A stretch of DNA of 63,195 bases, filler included, from Squatina squatina (Eukaryota): the NCBI GenBank assembly GCA_031763465.1. It is 4 parts of 4 records of this genome, joined end to end, with 100 filler letters (N's around TTAATTAATTAA, not from the genome) between each part and the next. Parts side by side here need not be neighbours in the genome. Positions count along the whole stretch, not along the records: positions 1 to 20,539 come from JARFOE010000219.1; 3 more parts are not named here. The stretch is one strand, 5' to 3'. The notes beneath the pieces were generated by a model that made no database searches, was not told where the DNA came from, and saw nothing but the letters and a program-made list of their open reading frames with translations. Shown one piece after another: positions 1-12,479 of this stretch; position 1 is the first letter of the stretch; each line of letters starts with the position of its first letter. Both the position numbers and the translations under genes were made by a program.

Positions 1-639
1 GGCTGGTGCTATTGCTGACTAGATTATTGCCAACACTTTAGATATGCTGTTGCACTCAGTAGAAATTGAGACTTGATCGGACCACTTTAGCCCAAATGAG
101 GACAATGTGTTTGATAAGAAAGATGACATTCTCATGCAAGCATAATCCATTTGTTTCAGGGACCTCAGGGCACAGTAGGCATTGATTTTATATATTTTGT
201 CATGAAGGAGCTGGAAATGTGTAAAGATGCTAAAATTTTGTATTTGAAGAGAAATTCACATGCGTTATGGAACAGTATTGCCTGAGATAATGGAGGTGAG
301 AACAGGCAAAATATTGCAGTTGATAAGGTGTGAAGTTCGTGACATGGGTATTGTATTTTGAGAAAGACTGAATTTCACTCGAACAATGGTGGGCAGGGTT
401 ACTGAAAGTACAGCTCAGAACGCACGATGTGAAATTCCTACTGTTTTGCTAAAGTTATCGACATGAGGACTCACCATGTACAACAATCCATAATAACTGT
501 AATAAAATAGATTTGAGCACTTTGATAAGTCAGTAAATTGTTTTGTGTTCAGCTGCTTTGACTAAACAATTTTCCAAATTTCTTGTGAATGGAATAATTG
601 TGGGAATCACTGAGGATATTAACAATTCTCAGTTCACCC

Positions 640-985
640 ATGAGCTCAGCTGGTAAGTGCATCGTTCAGTATGGAACTGAATCATTCCCACCAGGGAGCC
701 CAATGTCTGGTCTGTGCTGACTAAGTCAACCACATACAGAGAAAAGGTAGCGGTGCAATTAACCTCCTGTGCCCATGGGCTCGGGTGAAAAATCAACTAA
801 AATTCCTACTCGTAGCTAATATCCAGTGACTTCTAGAAAGTGCACATGCGTGTGCAGATTATGTGTGTTCAGGCTCAGGTGTGAAGTCTCCCAGTGTTTG
901 AGGTCACATGAGGAATGACTGAGGTACCGGAGAGTGGTTAAGGTACTAGACAGCAGCTGTAACCCATGAACCAGTACCTTTGGGA
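640..985 (+). mobile_element. Degenerate tRNA-type SINE (family not assigned)
   Basis: GCTCAGCTGGTAAG head and a TCTGTGCTGA...AAAATCAAC...ATCCAGTGAC core; related decayed copies near 57705-57990 (+), 6760-6850 (-) and 19870-19990 (-). Boundaries approximate. Confidence 0.5.
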
Positions 986-1497
986 GAGGAGTGGAAATAT
1001 ATTGAAGGGCATANNNNNNNNNNNNNNNNNNNNNNNNNNNNNNNNNNNNNNNNNNNNNNNNNNNNNNNNNNNNNNNNNNNNNNNNNNNNNNNNNNNNNNN
1101 NNNNNNNNNNNNNTATTCAGAAGGAATCAAAAGAAGTGAAACGGACAGGTTTAAAACTATGCTGAAAGAGACGAATATCAAAGGAGGACAATTACTTTCT
1201 TATTGTCAATACCAGGTCAGGCTTTCCAGTCATTTCTCTAACTTGACACCACAGCAATGGCAATTGGAGAGTTGGCAGGTTGTAACACAATTCTGGCAGC
1301 AGGGGAGCTGTGTTACATAATTATTATAACTGCTGGCCTGTTTATGCCTAGTTACTTAGATTAATCAGTCAGCGGGTGTAGACTGGTTGGTTTAGTGGCT
1401 TTTACCTCAGCGCGGGGCAGTTACAGCAACAATAAAACCTGTCGCTGCACCGGGGCTGTTGAAGGGGAGACTGTCTGCACCTCCGGCCACCATCATT

Positions 1498-1537
1498 ATT
1501 TTTCAGCCGACTACGACTTCGTAGTCGGCTGAAAAAT
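1498..1537. repeat. Perfect 19-bp inverted repeat with 2-nt loop
   Basis: ATTTTTCAGCCGACTACGA-CT-TCGTAGTCGGCTGAAAAAT; flanking GGCCACCA / TGGTGGCC extends the stem imperfectly. Confidence 0.9.
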
Positions 1538-2279
1538 GGTGGCCCTCGGCTGGTGGTCCAGTTGCCAATGTTGGGCCGTGGGGCGCTGTCACGTAGCTGG
1601 CGACCCTTCCCTTTAAGGGAGGCCTGGCTATGCTGCTGACATCACCAAGACAATGCTGACTTGACGCTGAAGCCACGCCAGTGGCATCCAAGGTCAGCTG
1701 CCCCAGTTGCGACCAGAAGCGCGCTGTGCCTCGCTGTCACCCGGATCGCTGGATTCCACGAGGGGTGGGGCGGGCGCCGGCGAGAGAAATGCCCGCTCTC
1801 GCCCCGTGCATGTCCGCAATGTGGCGACAATCAATTTCTAGTCCACTGTGTCATGGGAGAGGTAGGAGTGATTGGCTGAAAAGGTGGGTTTTTGAAAAGA
1901 TTTTTAAAAGTTCAGAGAGAAGTACAAAGGAGGAGGGGTGCAGGGTTGAAGTTTAAGAGAGTAGGATTGAGACATCAAAAAGCTTTGCAAAAAATGGGTG
2001 GAATAAAGAATCAGATAACCAAAGGGTGTGGTAGGGGATGCAAGACTGGAGGTGGGCACAGAGATAAGATAGAGGTCCTGGCTGGATTTGAACTTGAGGA
2101 TGAGAATTTTAAATTCAATACATCAAGGGTCAAAATGCCACGGTAATGTCATGAGAACGGAGGTGATGGATAAGCAAGATTTAGTGTGGGTCAGAAGAGG
2201 CCCAGATAAGTATTAATTTGTTTTAATTTTTGAAAATGTCCTTGAGGCCTGCTCTCCACCCCCTCCAGCCATGGTTTTA

Positions 2280-2440
2280 TTTGTTCCTGGGATGTGGGCG
2301 TTGCTGTCAAAGCTAGCATTTTTTGCCCACCCCTAACTACCCTTGAGAAGGTGGTGGTGAGCTGCCTTCTTGAACCGCTGCAGTCCGTGTGTTGAAGGTA
2401 CTCCCGTAATGCTGTTACGGAGGGAGTTCCAGAATCTTGA
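2280..2440 (-). mobile_element. LINE 3' tail, same family as 37500-37965
   Basis: GGGATGTGGGCGTTGCTG...GCCCACCCCTAACTACCCTTGAGAAGGTGGTGGTGAGCTGCCTTCTTGAACCGCTG is the reverse complement of the tail at about 37860-37960. Confidence 0.7.
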
Positions 2441-4334
2441 GACAGCCATGCCAATTGGCCCGGGCCTCCCGCTCCTGCGTGATTTACTTGGCCAGGGTCC
2501 ATTTCCATGGGTCCCCATTGTAGTCTGGCTCCTGCCTCAATTCCCACCCACCGTCATTCCTGCCAGCTTCAGGAGGGGAGACAGTTCAGCGTTATATTTA
2601 AATTATATAAATGAACCACCCCCTCCCCCCCACCGTGGAGAGTTCAGTGCGAGCCCGGGCCATTTTAACTCGCAGGCCTCGCTCTGATCTCTCGGGGTGG
2701 TGGGGGGAGGGGGTTCCCGCACGCCCCAAATTAAAATTGGAGCTTACATTGTTACCACAGCAGATGCGACACGTGCTGCAGCCAGTATGACGCTGTGATA
2801 GCTGAGCTTTGGCAGCAAACCTTTCCAGCGATTTGAGCCTGCCTGCAAATCCCCTGAAAGGTTGGCAGTGTCGCTTTAACTCAAGACATGCACTGATAAT
2901 TGAAATGCACTTAAGCAGGTTATAGCCATCACTATTAAATTGAACCGTAAATCAAGTGACCTTTTTTTTAAAATAAACAAAACTTCCTGGATGGTTAACA
3001 GAAAAAAGATGCATTCAGAATGGACCCATTCTCTATGAACAAGACGAGATCAACAAAAGCCACTAAAGAAAGTGATTTAAATTGTTTTTTAAGATGCACT
3101 CAGTAAAAGCAATCTGAATCACCCTGAACTAGAAGTTCATGTTTAATTTGTATAAGCACTCATTTGAATTGGTTTACAATGATGCCATCCATTTAAGTGC
3201 CTCAGAACCACTAAGAGTGACTTAACTGAGCGAGTGTTGCAGTAAGTTTTTCATTTTCAAGAGTAGGGAATTTTGAAGGATTTAATTTGTTGCCATTTTA
3301 TGTTGTTTATTCTGCAAATATAAATCATTATTCATGCGTGGTTTGAAGTATGAAAGGAATAATTTCAAAGTCATTTTTCCCCCACTTACTAAACTTAATT
3401 CAGATCGATATTCAATCAGCACCAATCTTGTTTCATCTTAATTACTTGTGTAAAGAAAATCCTTAAATGCCTATTATGCTCAATAGGACTATGCCTGGCA
3501 ATTAGGTAATGGTGCCTAAAATGGCAGCATTCCCTGGATTGCCAGCAAGGTAATGTTCAACGTCTTCTTAATCATGTGTCCAGATCCCAGCTGAAAAGAA
3601 TGGACACATCTGCAGTTAAGAAGTGTGGAGTGTGATCCTGTAGGTGTATGTGTGTATATTCAACTCAGATTGACTGTAATGAGCATTTTAAGAACCTCAT
3701 TCACCCTACAGCGCTACTGCCAAAATTGGGGCTGACTTCTGTNNNNNNNNNNNNNNNNNNNNNNNNNNNNNNNNNNNNNNNNNNNNNNNNNNNNNNNNNN
3801 NNNNNNNNNNNNNNNNNNNNNNNNNNNNNNNNNNNNNNNNNNTGGAAAACATTCATTACAGAAGCTGTTATAAAACTAAGAGTTTTATATATTTTATCTT
3901 AATCAGAAAAACCTTGTACTCTTTCAATGATATTTGTAGAAGAATAAATGAATGAAAAATTGCTGTGGTTTTCTACCTTTGTAGCCATGCTCCCATCTAT
4001 CATTTCACTGCTCTCTGCAGAGTAAACAATGCTTTTCTACAACACTGTATCAGTGTGATTTATTTGTTCAATGCTGTCTCTTCTGCTTCATACTAATAAT
4101 TATATTTTAATTTTACTGATGGTTATAATTCACCTTGCATGCTCATCCACTCCTTTCACCCTTTGTTGTAACCTAAAATATGGCCCTCAGCACAGTTTTT
4201 TTTTAAACAAATATACGAGTTCAGTTAACCCTTTGAGAAAAATTCTGAAAAATAAATGAAAGTTGAACGATGCTATCAGCAACAGAATTGAATTATTTAG
4301 TGAAAATGGAGGAAAGGATAAGTTACCTCAGGCT

Positions 4335-4555
4335 TTCTCGGGATGTGAGCATCACTGGCAAGGTTAGCATTTATTGCCCCATCCCTGGGAAGGTGGTGCT
4401 CGAGCTTCTTAAACTGCTGCAGTAGCAGTTTGATACAACCGAGTGGCTTGCTAGGCCAATTCAAAGAGGAGTTAAGAGACAACCGTGTTGACGTGGGACT
4501 AGAGTCACATATAGACCAGATCAGGTAAGGACAGCAGGTTTCCTTCCCTAAAAGA
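4335..4555 (-). mobile_element. SINE with LINE-derived tail
   Basis: GGGATGTGAGCATCACTGGC...GCATTTATTGCCC...GAGTGGCTTGCTAGGCCA...TCCTTCCCTAAA; near-identical blocks at 23940-24180 and 39050-39290. Confidence 0.7.
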
Positions 4556-7059
4556 TATAACTTATTTTTGTGATACTTATGAATTCCCTAAACTACACTG
4601 AGATAGATTTTCAGCTTGCCACCTGGGCATAAAACTGGCATTGTGGTTCAAGCACTCGCTATAGAAACTGCCCGGTCTTCCTCTCCTTTGAAATGTTTCT
4701 GGAAACATCCGATGAACTTCACTGGCTTCAGTGAATCTGCTTCAAATAGGAAAGAAACACAGGGACAGAAGAAGTGCTGGCTCAGGGCAACTGATCACCT
4801 CCTTATACTGGTGGAAGCAATGTAGTATAGATTGGGAAGACAAAAAGAAAGACATGTGGAATGAACAAGTAATGGAGAAAATTAGCAACAGGAAATAAAT
4901 TGGAAGAAAGAACTTGCATTTATATAGTGCCTTTCNNNNNNNNNNNNNNNNNNNNNNNNNNNNNNNNNNNNNNNNNNNNNNNNNNNNNNNNNNNNNNNNN
5001 NNNNNNNNNNNNNNNNNNNNNNNNNNNNNNNNNNNGCTCCTCTCGGCCCCACGATAAAACCTTGGGCCTCCCCTGCCCTGGGCTTTCCTTCCCCTCCTGA
5101 TGCCCTGCTTCCTCACCACTTAGTCCACCACCGATCCTTGGAGATGGCCTCCTGCCAGCCGAAATCCTGCTCCTGCCTGCCGGCCAGCTAACTCTTGTTG
5201 CCAGATTCAGACAGGAGATTTACGTGGGCTGTGCTGATGTGGCCAAAGAGTTCAAATCTCCCGACCCTCACATTGCGGAAGGCCAGATGGTTTCCCATTG
5301 CCTCGGCCCCTGCCCACAGGACTCCTGCTGGAAGTTAAGATCCGGGTCTAAATTAGACTAAATCAAAATTAATTTTGTCCTAACTATTTCTGCAGTGCAT
5401 TCATCCGCTCAGCACAACAGTTGGATTCAGCCCAACTTAACTTTGCACCATGAAAAGGACTGTTTGCTTGATTTCCTCATCACACTGCAGTTGTATTTTG
5501 CATTCTTCTCCTGGAGCTTATTTAGCATATCCACAAGAGAACTCCATACTCTTCTCTTTCCTTTTAGAGCTCAAATTAAGCAAACGGAAATTTGTTTATT
5601 CTTTAGCCATTNNNNNNNNNNNNNNNNNNNNNNNNNNNNNNNNNNNNNNNNNNNNNNNNNNNNNNNNNNNNNNNNNNNNNNNNNNNNNNNNNNNNNNNNN
5701 NNNNNNNNNNNTTACAGCAGCTGGTGGGAATAATATTGTGCACGAAACAGCAACAGTACAATGCAGGCAAAAGATATGGTCAGTAAATGAACGCACCTGT
5801 GTTGGTGGTTAGAGACCTAACACACTCAGCCATCTTACATTTAATCCCCCCAACAATGCATCATATCCAAGTATTCGACAATTCAACAGATGGTTTGGTG
5901 GGGCGGGGTGGTTTAAAACGGTAATACAATCAGATGGGTTCTGGCAATGACAAATCACAAGCAGTTTGTCAAACATCTCCCTCCATGGACTTGTAACACA
6001 TCGAGACATCTGTTACTCTAATTAGATCACCAAACCCAACTCTACTTAAGGGCCTGAATCACTGCTGTAAATATTACGGTGGCCAGGAATAGGGTTGGGT
6101 TGCTCGATCCCGATATTTTTAACTCCCCACTCCCCCTGCCCACCCCACCTACTGAGACCAGTGTCTCTGTTCAAGGTTTCTAGTGGTTTGCATCCAATCA
6201 GCGGTCTTGCTTATCTCTATCTATATTTTCAATCTTCACTGAAAATACAGAGCAAAGAAAGTAATTGTTGAAGAGGGAATACTGAAGCAAATTTTGCTTC
6301 ATTGGAAAATAATATTGGCATGGAGTTAGCTGTGATTTTTCACAAGGCACTAAGTAGCATATCCAATCTAATTAAAGTTGACTAGTTAAAATTAGCAACA
6401 TTTTTTTAAATGCTTTTCCAGACTTTACAGAATTAGTTTGCAAATAATGAATGGTAATGGATAATTTCACTGTGGTAATTTAATTGTCAAATCTCAGAGC
6501 AGCAAGGTGGAAGTGTGAAATCAAGTAAACAACTATAGATGACCATTAATTTTATTTGGTAACAAAGTTTGGAAGTAACTTGCTTTGAAAATTTACATTG
6601 CGATGTTGAAAGCAATATTGCTTGGAGGCATCATCCAATTGACCTTTGGTCCAGCTACTCAAATTAAAAAGCCTGCAATTGCTCAGGGAATTCTATTTAT
6701 TTTCTTGCCCAGTTTCCTCTCCTCTCTCCTCCTCTACTGAATGCATTGACATCACTTGTCCTTCACTACCTTGTCCAAATGCCAGTTATTCATTTCATGC
6801 ATTGCTGGATTGTGATCCAGAATAGGAATCCTGGCTAATTATTCCCTCCCCATGCCTTGAATACTGAGGATAATTGGAGCGTTGCTGCTGCTGCCTTGGC
6901 ACAGATCATATAACCAAGCACCTCCATAGCGTTGGATTTGGCCTTTTTTAAAAAAAAAAATGTCTTCTGCCGCGGCCCGTGCTGTTCACCCTCTTGGTGA
7001 GTGCAATAGCGTGAGTGGTACATGTGAGCGCCGGCAGTGTGCAGAGTAGGCAGATCATG

Positions 7060-7350
7060 ATGTCAGTCAGCATGAAACACTGATTTGACACAAGACCTGC
7101 CATTTTCGATGTTGCCGCTCCATTCAACACCCTCTCCTAAACACGGACAGCTGAATGGCTGTACAGCTGCACGAAGGACCCCCACCAACCTACCGCCATC
7201 TTGAATTATTTCAGCCTTGCTGCTCACCGCGGGCTCAGCGACCACCCCTCCAATGATGTTGTGCACTGTCTCCTCCACCTAGGTAAGGCATGCAGGTTTG
7301 CCCGTCCCCGCCTGTTAGCTGCTGCTACCTGCGATTATGCCCTGCAAGAG
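7060..7350 (-). mobile_element. Possible PIF/Harbinger Myb/SANT-ORF relic
   Basis: Minus-strand frames give a decayed ..ANLHAL..EETVHNIIG.. segment resembling Harbinger accessory ORFs; frame disrupted. Confidence 0.3.
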
Positions 7351-7534
7351 AAAGGGAGATTGTTGGTAGNNNNNNNNNNNNNNNNNNNNNNNNNNNNNNN
7401 NNNNNNNNNNNNNNNNNNNNNNNNNNNNNNNNNNNNNNNNNNNNNNNNNNNNNNNNNNNNNNNNNNNNNGAACAGGAAATAATAATCAGGCATTTGTGTA
7501 ATTAGCACTGACTTCATCTGTATTCTTTCTACAG

Positions 7535-7674
7535 CTCCACCAACTGTAAGCATCATGCATTCTGGCCAAGCTTGTAACATAGAGGAAGAACGATATACGG
7601 AGCGAGTGTACACAATTCGGGAAGGAGAAACCTTGGAGCTAACCTGCCTTGTTAGAGGTCACCCTCGGCCACAG
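7535..7674 (+). CDS. MDGA2: MDGA2 coding exon, N-terminal half of Ig1
   Basis: tttctacag acceptor and gtgaat donor; 140 nt encoding (A)PPTVSIMHSGQACNIEEERYTERVYTIREGETLELTCLVRGHPRPQ. The CNIEEERY and ETLELTC motifs match MDGA2 rather than MDGA1. Confidence 0.96.
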
Positions 7675-7814
7675 GTGAATCCAAAATCCCACATTTCCTA
7701 GCAAAGTTACCAATGTGCTTGCTTAGTTTTGTTACGTGGTTATTTGATTAAATAATCTTATTTCTGGCAATGAATAGTTAAAAGATGAAAATATTCTTTG
7801 CATATAACATTCAA

Positions 7815-8012
7815 GGGGCACTTGGTGCAATGCGATAAACATTGGCCTTTCAGTTCTGCGACCTGGGTTATAGTCCAGACTAATGCAATGAAACTCATCT
7901 CTGTCTGCTGGATGTAAGGGACTTATATAACATGGTTTTGGCAGTCTCAGTGCAGTTCTCAATGGGTATGGCACATAGCACAAAAGCATTCCTAATTTGG
8001 TACTAATTGGCT
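7815..8012 (+). mobile_element. LF-SINE-like element (degenerate)
   Basis: GGCCTTTCAG..ACCTGGGTT head, then GGCAGTCTCAGTGCAGTTC..CACAAAAGC..AATTTGGTACTAATTGGC, resembling the LF-SINE core as recalled. Confidence 0.45.
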
Positions 8013-9544
8013 CTATAGATTGGCAAATTATTTCAGGCCATAAAATGGTTGTTGTGAGAAATGGAAAAATGTCTTACTGATACAGGAGGATGTGCTCTTC
8101 TGAGGTTGGTGCTGAGACAGATTGATGGGGGAGCAGAGGGAGGGACATTTGTGTTACACCTAACTGCTATAACTGACTTGAGAGTGCTGGTGCTGGGCAC
8201 ATTAAATGGAAAATGCACCATTCCTCAGTACTAACATCCCTCACCTTGATTAGGTACAAGAAAATAAAAATTAAGATGAATGTATCGCNNNNNNNNNNNN
8301 NNNNNNNNNNNNNNNNNNNNNNNNNNNNNNNNNNNNNNNNNNNNNNNNNNNNNNNNNNNNNNNNNNNNNNNNNNNNNNNNNNNNNNNNCCAAAATAAAAA
8401 AAGGTAGTTAAAATAAAAACCTGACACAGACATATCACTTGCCCTTCTTCGAAACTTCCTTGTTTGTTTTTTGTGGTGATCAATAAGAATGGAAGGGTCT
8501 TAAATGAAATGAGCTTGGCTAGTTTGAACCCAGTTCTGAGTGGCTGACTGGATCTGAGTCCGTGGTACTAATGCAGCAGCCTGATATAAAGAGAGGTGAT
8601 ATGGAAAATAAAAATACAAGTATTTAAAGATTAGTACCAATAAATTACCCCCTCTAATGATTCTACATTTACAAGTATTTTAAGTAGATTTCACCCACGC
8701 AAATACACAACAGGACTTAATGTAATGATGTCATCTAAAGCTGGAATAAAACCCTGCTGATATTTCAATACACTTTCTTGCTTAGAAAATGTTTAAAGTA
8801 AACATATTATTCTAACTTCAGAGCCCGCATCCCAGGCAGTTTTTTCTGGGTCACACACTACATGGTAGATGCTGTTCAAAGGGTTTGTCACCATTAGATC
8901 ATATTGTATTTAGTTTTGTTGAATTTGCAATAATCTTCTTGATGGGAGTTTATGGCTGCACTTAACAAGATGTTCATTCAAGATACTGAATGATATTAAA
9001 TGTAATGATTGTTCAAATGTTTAGCATTCCATTAACATTTGCAAAATGCTCATCTTTGCAGTGGCTTTTTGTGAGCCTAACGACAAAACTAGTGTATTAG
9101 CAATGTGCAGCTTGTTGATGGTATCATGTGAGTAGTATGACAGTGCCCCAGACATAAGGTCACAGAAAGAGGTTGACCATTACCCAGAGTTTACATGTAT
9201 GGATGAATTCATAACACAATATCCTAGGAGTAACTTTAAGGAATATTGATTAATTTGGAGCAATATTAGGTTTGAATATTGTTCAAACTAAAAGCTACTG
9301 GGCAGATTCCAGAACGTTGGATCTGTTCTCGTCTTTGTCAGTATATTCTCAAGTAGTATTTTATATCTTTTGAAGAATCAAAATGGTTGATAATATATTT
9401 AAAGTTCCTATTAATACAAGTTATCTCACATATAGCAGATTGTAAATAATTCTGAAACCTGTCGAACTAATTGGTCGGCTCTTTTTCTGTGGCTTCTGCC
9501 TTTAGTACAGTGTGTAATAACAATCTCTAATGCTGCTTGCTTAG

Positions 9545-9719
9545 ATCAGATGGACCAAAACAGCAGGAAGTGCCTCTGACAGATTCCACGATAATAGTGT
9601 CTTCAATGAGACTTTGAGGATCACAAGAATCCAACGCCACCAGGGAGGCCGCTACTACTGCAAGGCTGACAATGGCTTGAGCACCCCTGCAATCAAGTCC
9701 ATCAGAGTTGACGTTTACT
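9545..9719 (+). CDS. MDGA2: MDGA2 coding exon, C-terminal half of Ig1
   Basis: ttag acceptor and gtaagt donor; 175 nt encoding IRWTKTAGSASDRFHDNSVFNETLRITRIQRHQGGRYYCKADNGLSTPAIKSIRVDVY; in frame with the previous exon (phase 0). Confidence 0.96.
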
Positions 9720-11904
9720 GTAAGTAACCAGTGGCGCACTGACACTTTTCAGCCACCAATTCAAACACAGATTCAAATCTGGCNNNNNNNNNNGTGGCAA
9801 CTTCTGTAGAATGTAGTTTCAGTTGTGAAAGGACAGAGGCTGTATGACTAAAAGAAGAACACAAAAGAAAGCCATAATTAGGCTGATAATGTTATTCACA
9901 AATCTGCCCTTCTATCTCCTGTTTGTAGATGTGCTGCTGCACTGAGAGCCTCCTGGGACGTAAAGAGAGATGTTACATATGAGATAGTACCTAGTGTTGC
10001 AAGAAAGTATACAACAGGGGTTTAAAAAGAGGCCATCATCTGTGTGAGGAGTTTTAGAGTTCGGGGCATGGTTGCACTTGGATTACTAGTTTGGATTTCC
10101 ACTTTCATTTTGTCGGAAAGATTGAAAATACATAAAATCAAAAAGAAAAAAATCCTGTAATTGCTGAAAATAAAAATGNNNNNNNNNNNNNNNNNNNNNN
10201 NNNNNNNNNNNNNNNNNNNNNNNNNNNNNNNNNNNNNNNNNNNNNNNNNNNNNNNNNNNNNNNNNNNNNNNNNNNNNNTGACGTCCTTCACTGATGTTTC
10301 CTGAATGAATCCTCCTTGTTCTGTATCTTTAGAGTTTGAAATGTAGAACTCTCAGTAATACTGTCTTTGGCAGTCACGCAAGAAAGTGTGCTATAGTCAG
10401 GGGCACATTACAGGGATGATGTTCCGTACAAGTTCTCTATTAGTTAAGAGCCATGACTAATTTGGAGTTTACAGCAGTGGAGTATCATACTAAACAGGCC
10501 ACTGTATTTATAATACTGCTGCAACCATCCTTAATTCACTCATTTGGTGATCTAGAATTTTAAAGTTGAACTTGTTGTACCATAATATAGATTAGTTTGA
10601 ATCCTCTTCATATCTTAAAAGGAGCTGATGTTATTTTGGTTTTAATATTGAAGTATATTCATAGCCCAGCTTGCAGATATGTTGTTGAATTTCATTTTTT
10701 TCTAATCTCGAGATCAAAAAGAAATTCTGGTATATCTGTGGCACACGCTCTACCGAATCTATAAATTTTTGAATTTCAAAATGCCTCCCGTTAAAATGTA
10801 GCTCTCACCAACGTATCGTTTGATTTTGTGTGGTTAAATGATGGTGTTAAAATTTTGATGATCGTTGCTGAGAGGCAGATGAATGGATGAGCTGATTGTT
10901 TTTGGCAGCCGAGTGACATTGTGGAAAGGTAATCAAAGGATTGACATTTTACCAGGCTATTGGAGCGTAGCCTCATTATTTCTTTATTAGGCCTACAATG
11001 CACCGCTTTTAGCGTTAATTGCGACTGTTCAGCTAACCTGTATAAATCACACACTGCTTCAGAAGAAACTTCCAAAGACTGCTATGTGAACCGTCAGGAT
11101 GATTGACGGTTTTGTTCCAGCCCTGAAGATATGGGAATAAATGCCTAGTATAATGGTGAATTAAAAATCTTCACGAAATTGTCTCACATTTTTACATTTA
11201 ATACAAAATGACTCCTAAAATTTAAATTAGTGTTTTTTTTTGTCTTTCAAATGTTGGCTGTTGATCATTTGCAAAGATTATATTTAATGATTGAAAGACT
11301 AGCTTGAGCTAACGTAGATGGACAATGGAATTGTACTGTTTAAAAACTCGGTTCACAACTATAACTAGCAGAGGAATGCAAACCTCAACAAGATGAAATC
11401 CTGATAATAAAAGGGCCAAGAGCTTCATGTCCTCATCAGTCCTCGTGCAGAGATTCAGGCATCAAGAATACACATCGGGAATTCGGGTTCATGGTGAGAG
11501 TTTGTGTTGGGTGCACTAAGGAAGAACATTTTCTATGCTAACAGTGCATGGCAATAGTCCTGTTAGGTCAATCTTTATACCAATAAACTGGAACACTGTT
11601 CTTACACCTCTCTCAATATGCCTGGAAAAGGATGCAAGATAAAGTTTGATGGACATTGCTTTCTTCATCTCTAACCTCCAACCTCTTCCTCTATCACAGT
11701 TTTGATCTTTATTGATATTCCGCTGGGCATTTCTCTGCTGAACTTTTCTCTTGTTTTTTTTGAGCTCTAAGAATGCCCTCCCCCCTACCCCCCAGGTTTC
11801 CTCCGGCGNNNNNNNNNNTTATCTCTTTCTCTTGCTTATTCTTTGCCAAGACCTCAAACTGTTTTAACTGCTTATCTCTTTCCAACTTTCCTTCCTGCTA
11901 CAAC

Positions 11905-12479
11905 CAACAACAACAACTTGCATATATATAGCGCCTTTAATGTAATAAAATGTCCCAAGACGCTTCACAGGAGTATTATCAAACAAAATTTGACACCAAG
12001 TCACCTAAGGAGATATTAGGGCAGATGACCAGAAGCTTGGTCAAAGGTTTTAAAGAGCATCTTAAAGGAGGAAAGTGAAATGGAGAGGAGGAGAGGTTTA
12101 GGGAGAGAATTCCAGAGATTAGGGCCTTGGCAGCTGAAGGTACGGCCGCCAGTGGTGTCATGAATAATATCGAGGATGCCAGAATTGCAGGAATGTAGAT
12201 ATCTTGGAGGGTTGTTGGGCTGGAGGAGGTTACAGAGATAGTAAGGGCTGAGGCCATGAAGGGATTTGAAAACAAGAATGATAATTTTAAAACTGAGGCG
12301 TTGCTCAACCAGGAACCAATGTAGGTCAGCAAGCGCAGGGATAATAGGTGAACAGGATTTGGTACGAGTTAGGATTTGGGCAGCAGAGTTTTGAATGAGC
12401 TTAAGTTTATGGAACGCGGAAGATGGAGTTTGGGCAGGAGTGTGTTGGAATAGTCAATTCTAGAGGTAACACAGGCATG
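11905..12479 (-). mobile_element. L2-clade LINE 3' fragment
   Basis: Minus strand reads HACVTSRIDYSNTLL (L2 ORF2 motif HAFVTSRLDYCNSLL) and ends at the (CAA)n-CTTGCATATATATAGCGCCTTT tail. Confidence 0.75.

Noticed and set aside
9915-10090. Minus-strand CCILSC-x7-C as the missing A-chain
   Set aside because: Spacing is x7 rather than x8, there is no dibasic cleavage site, no evident acceptor, and an upstream stop.
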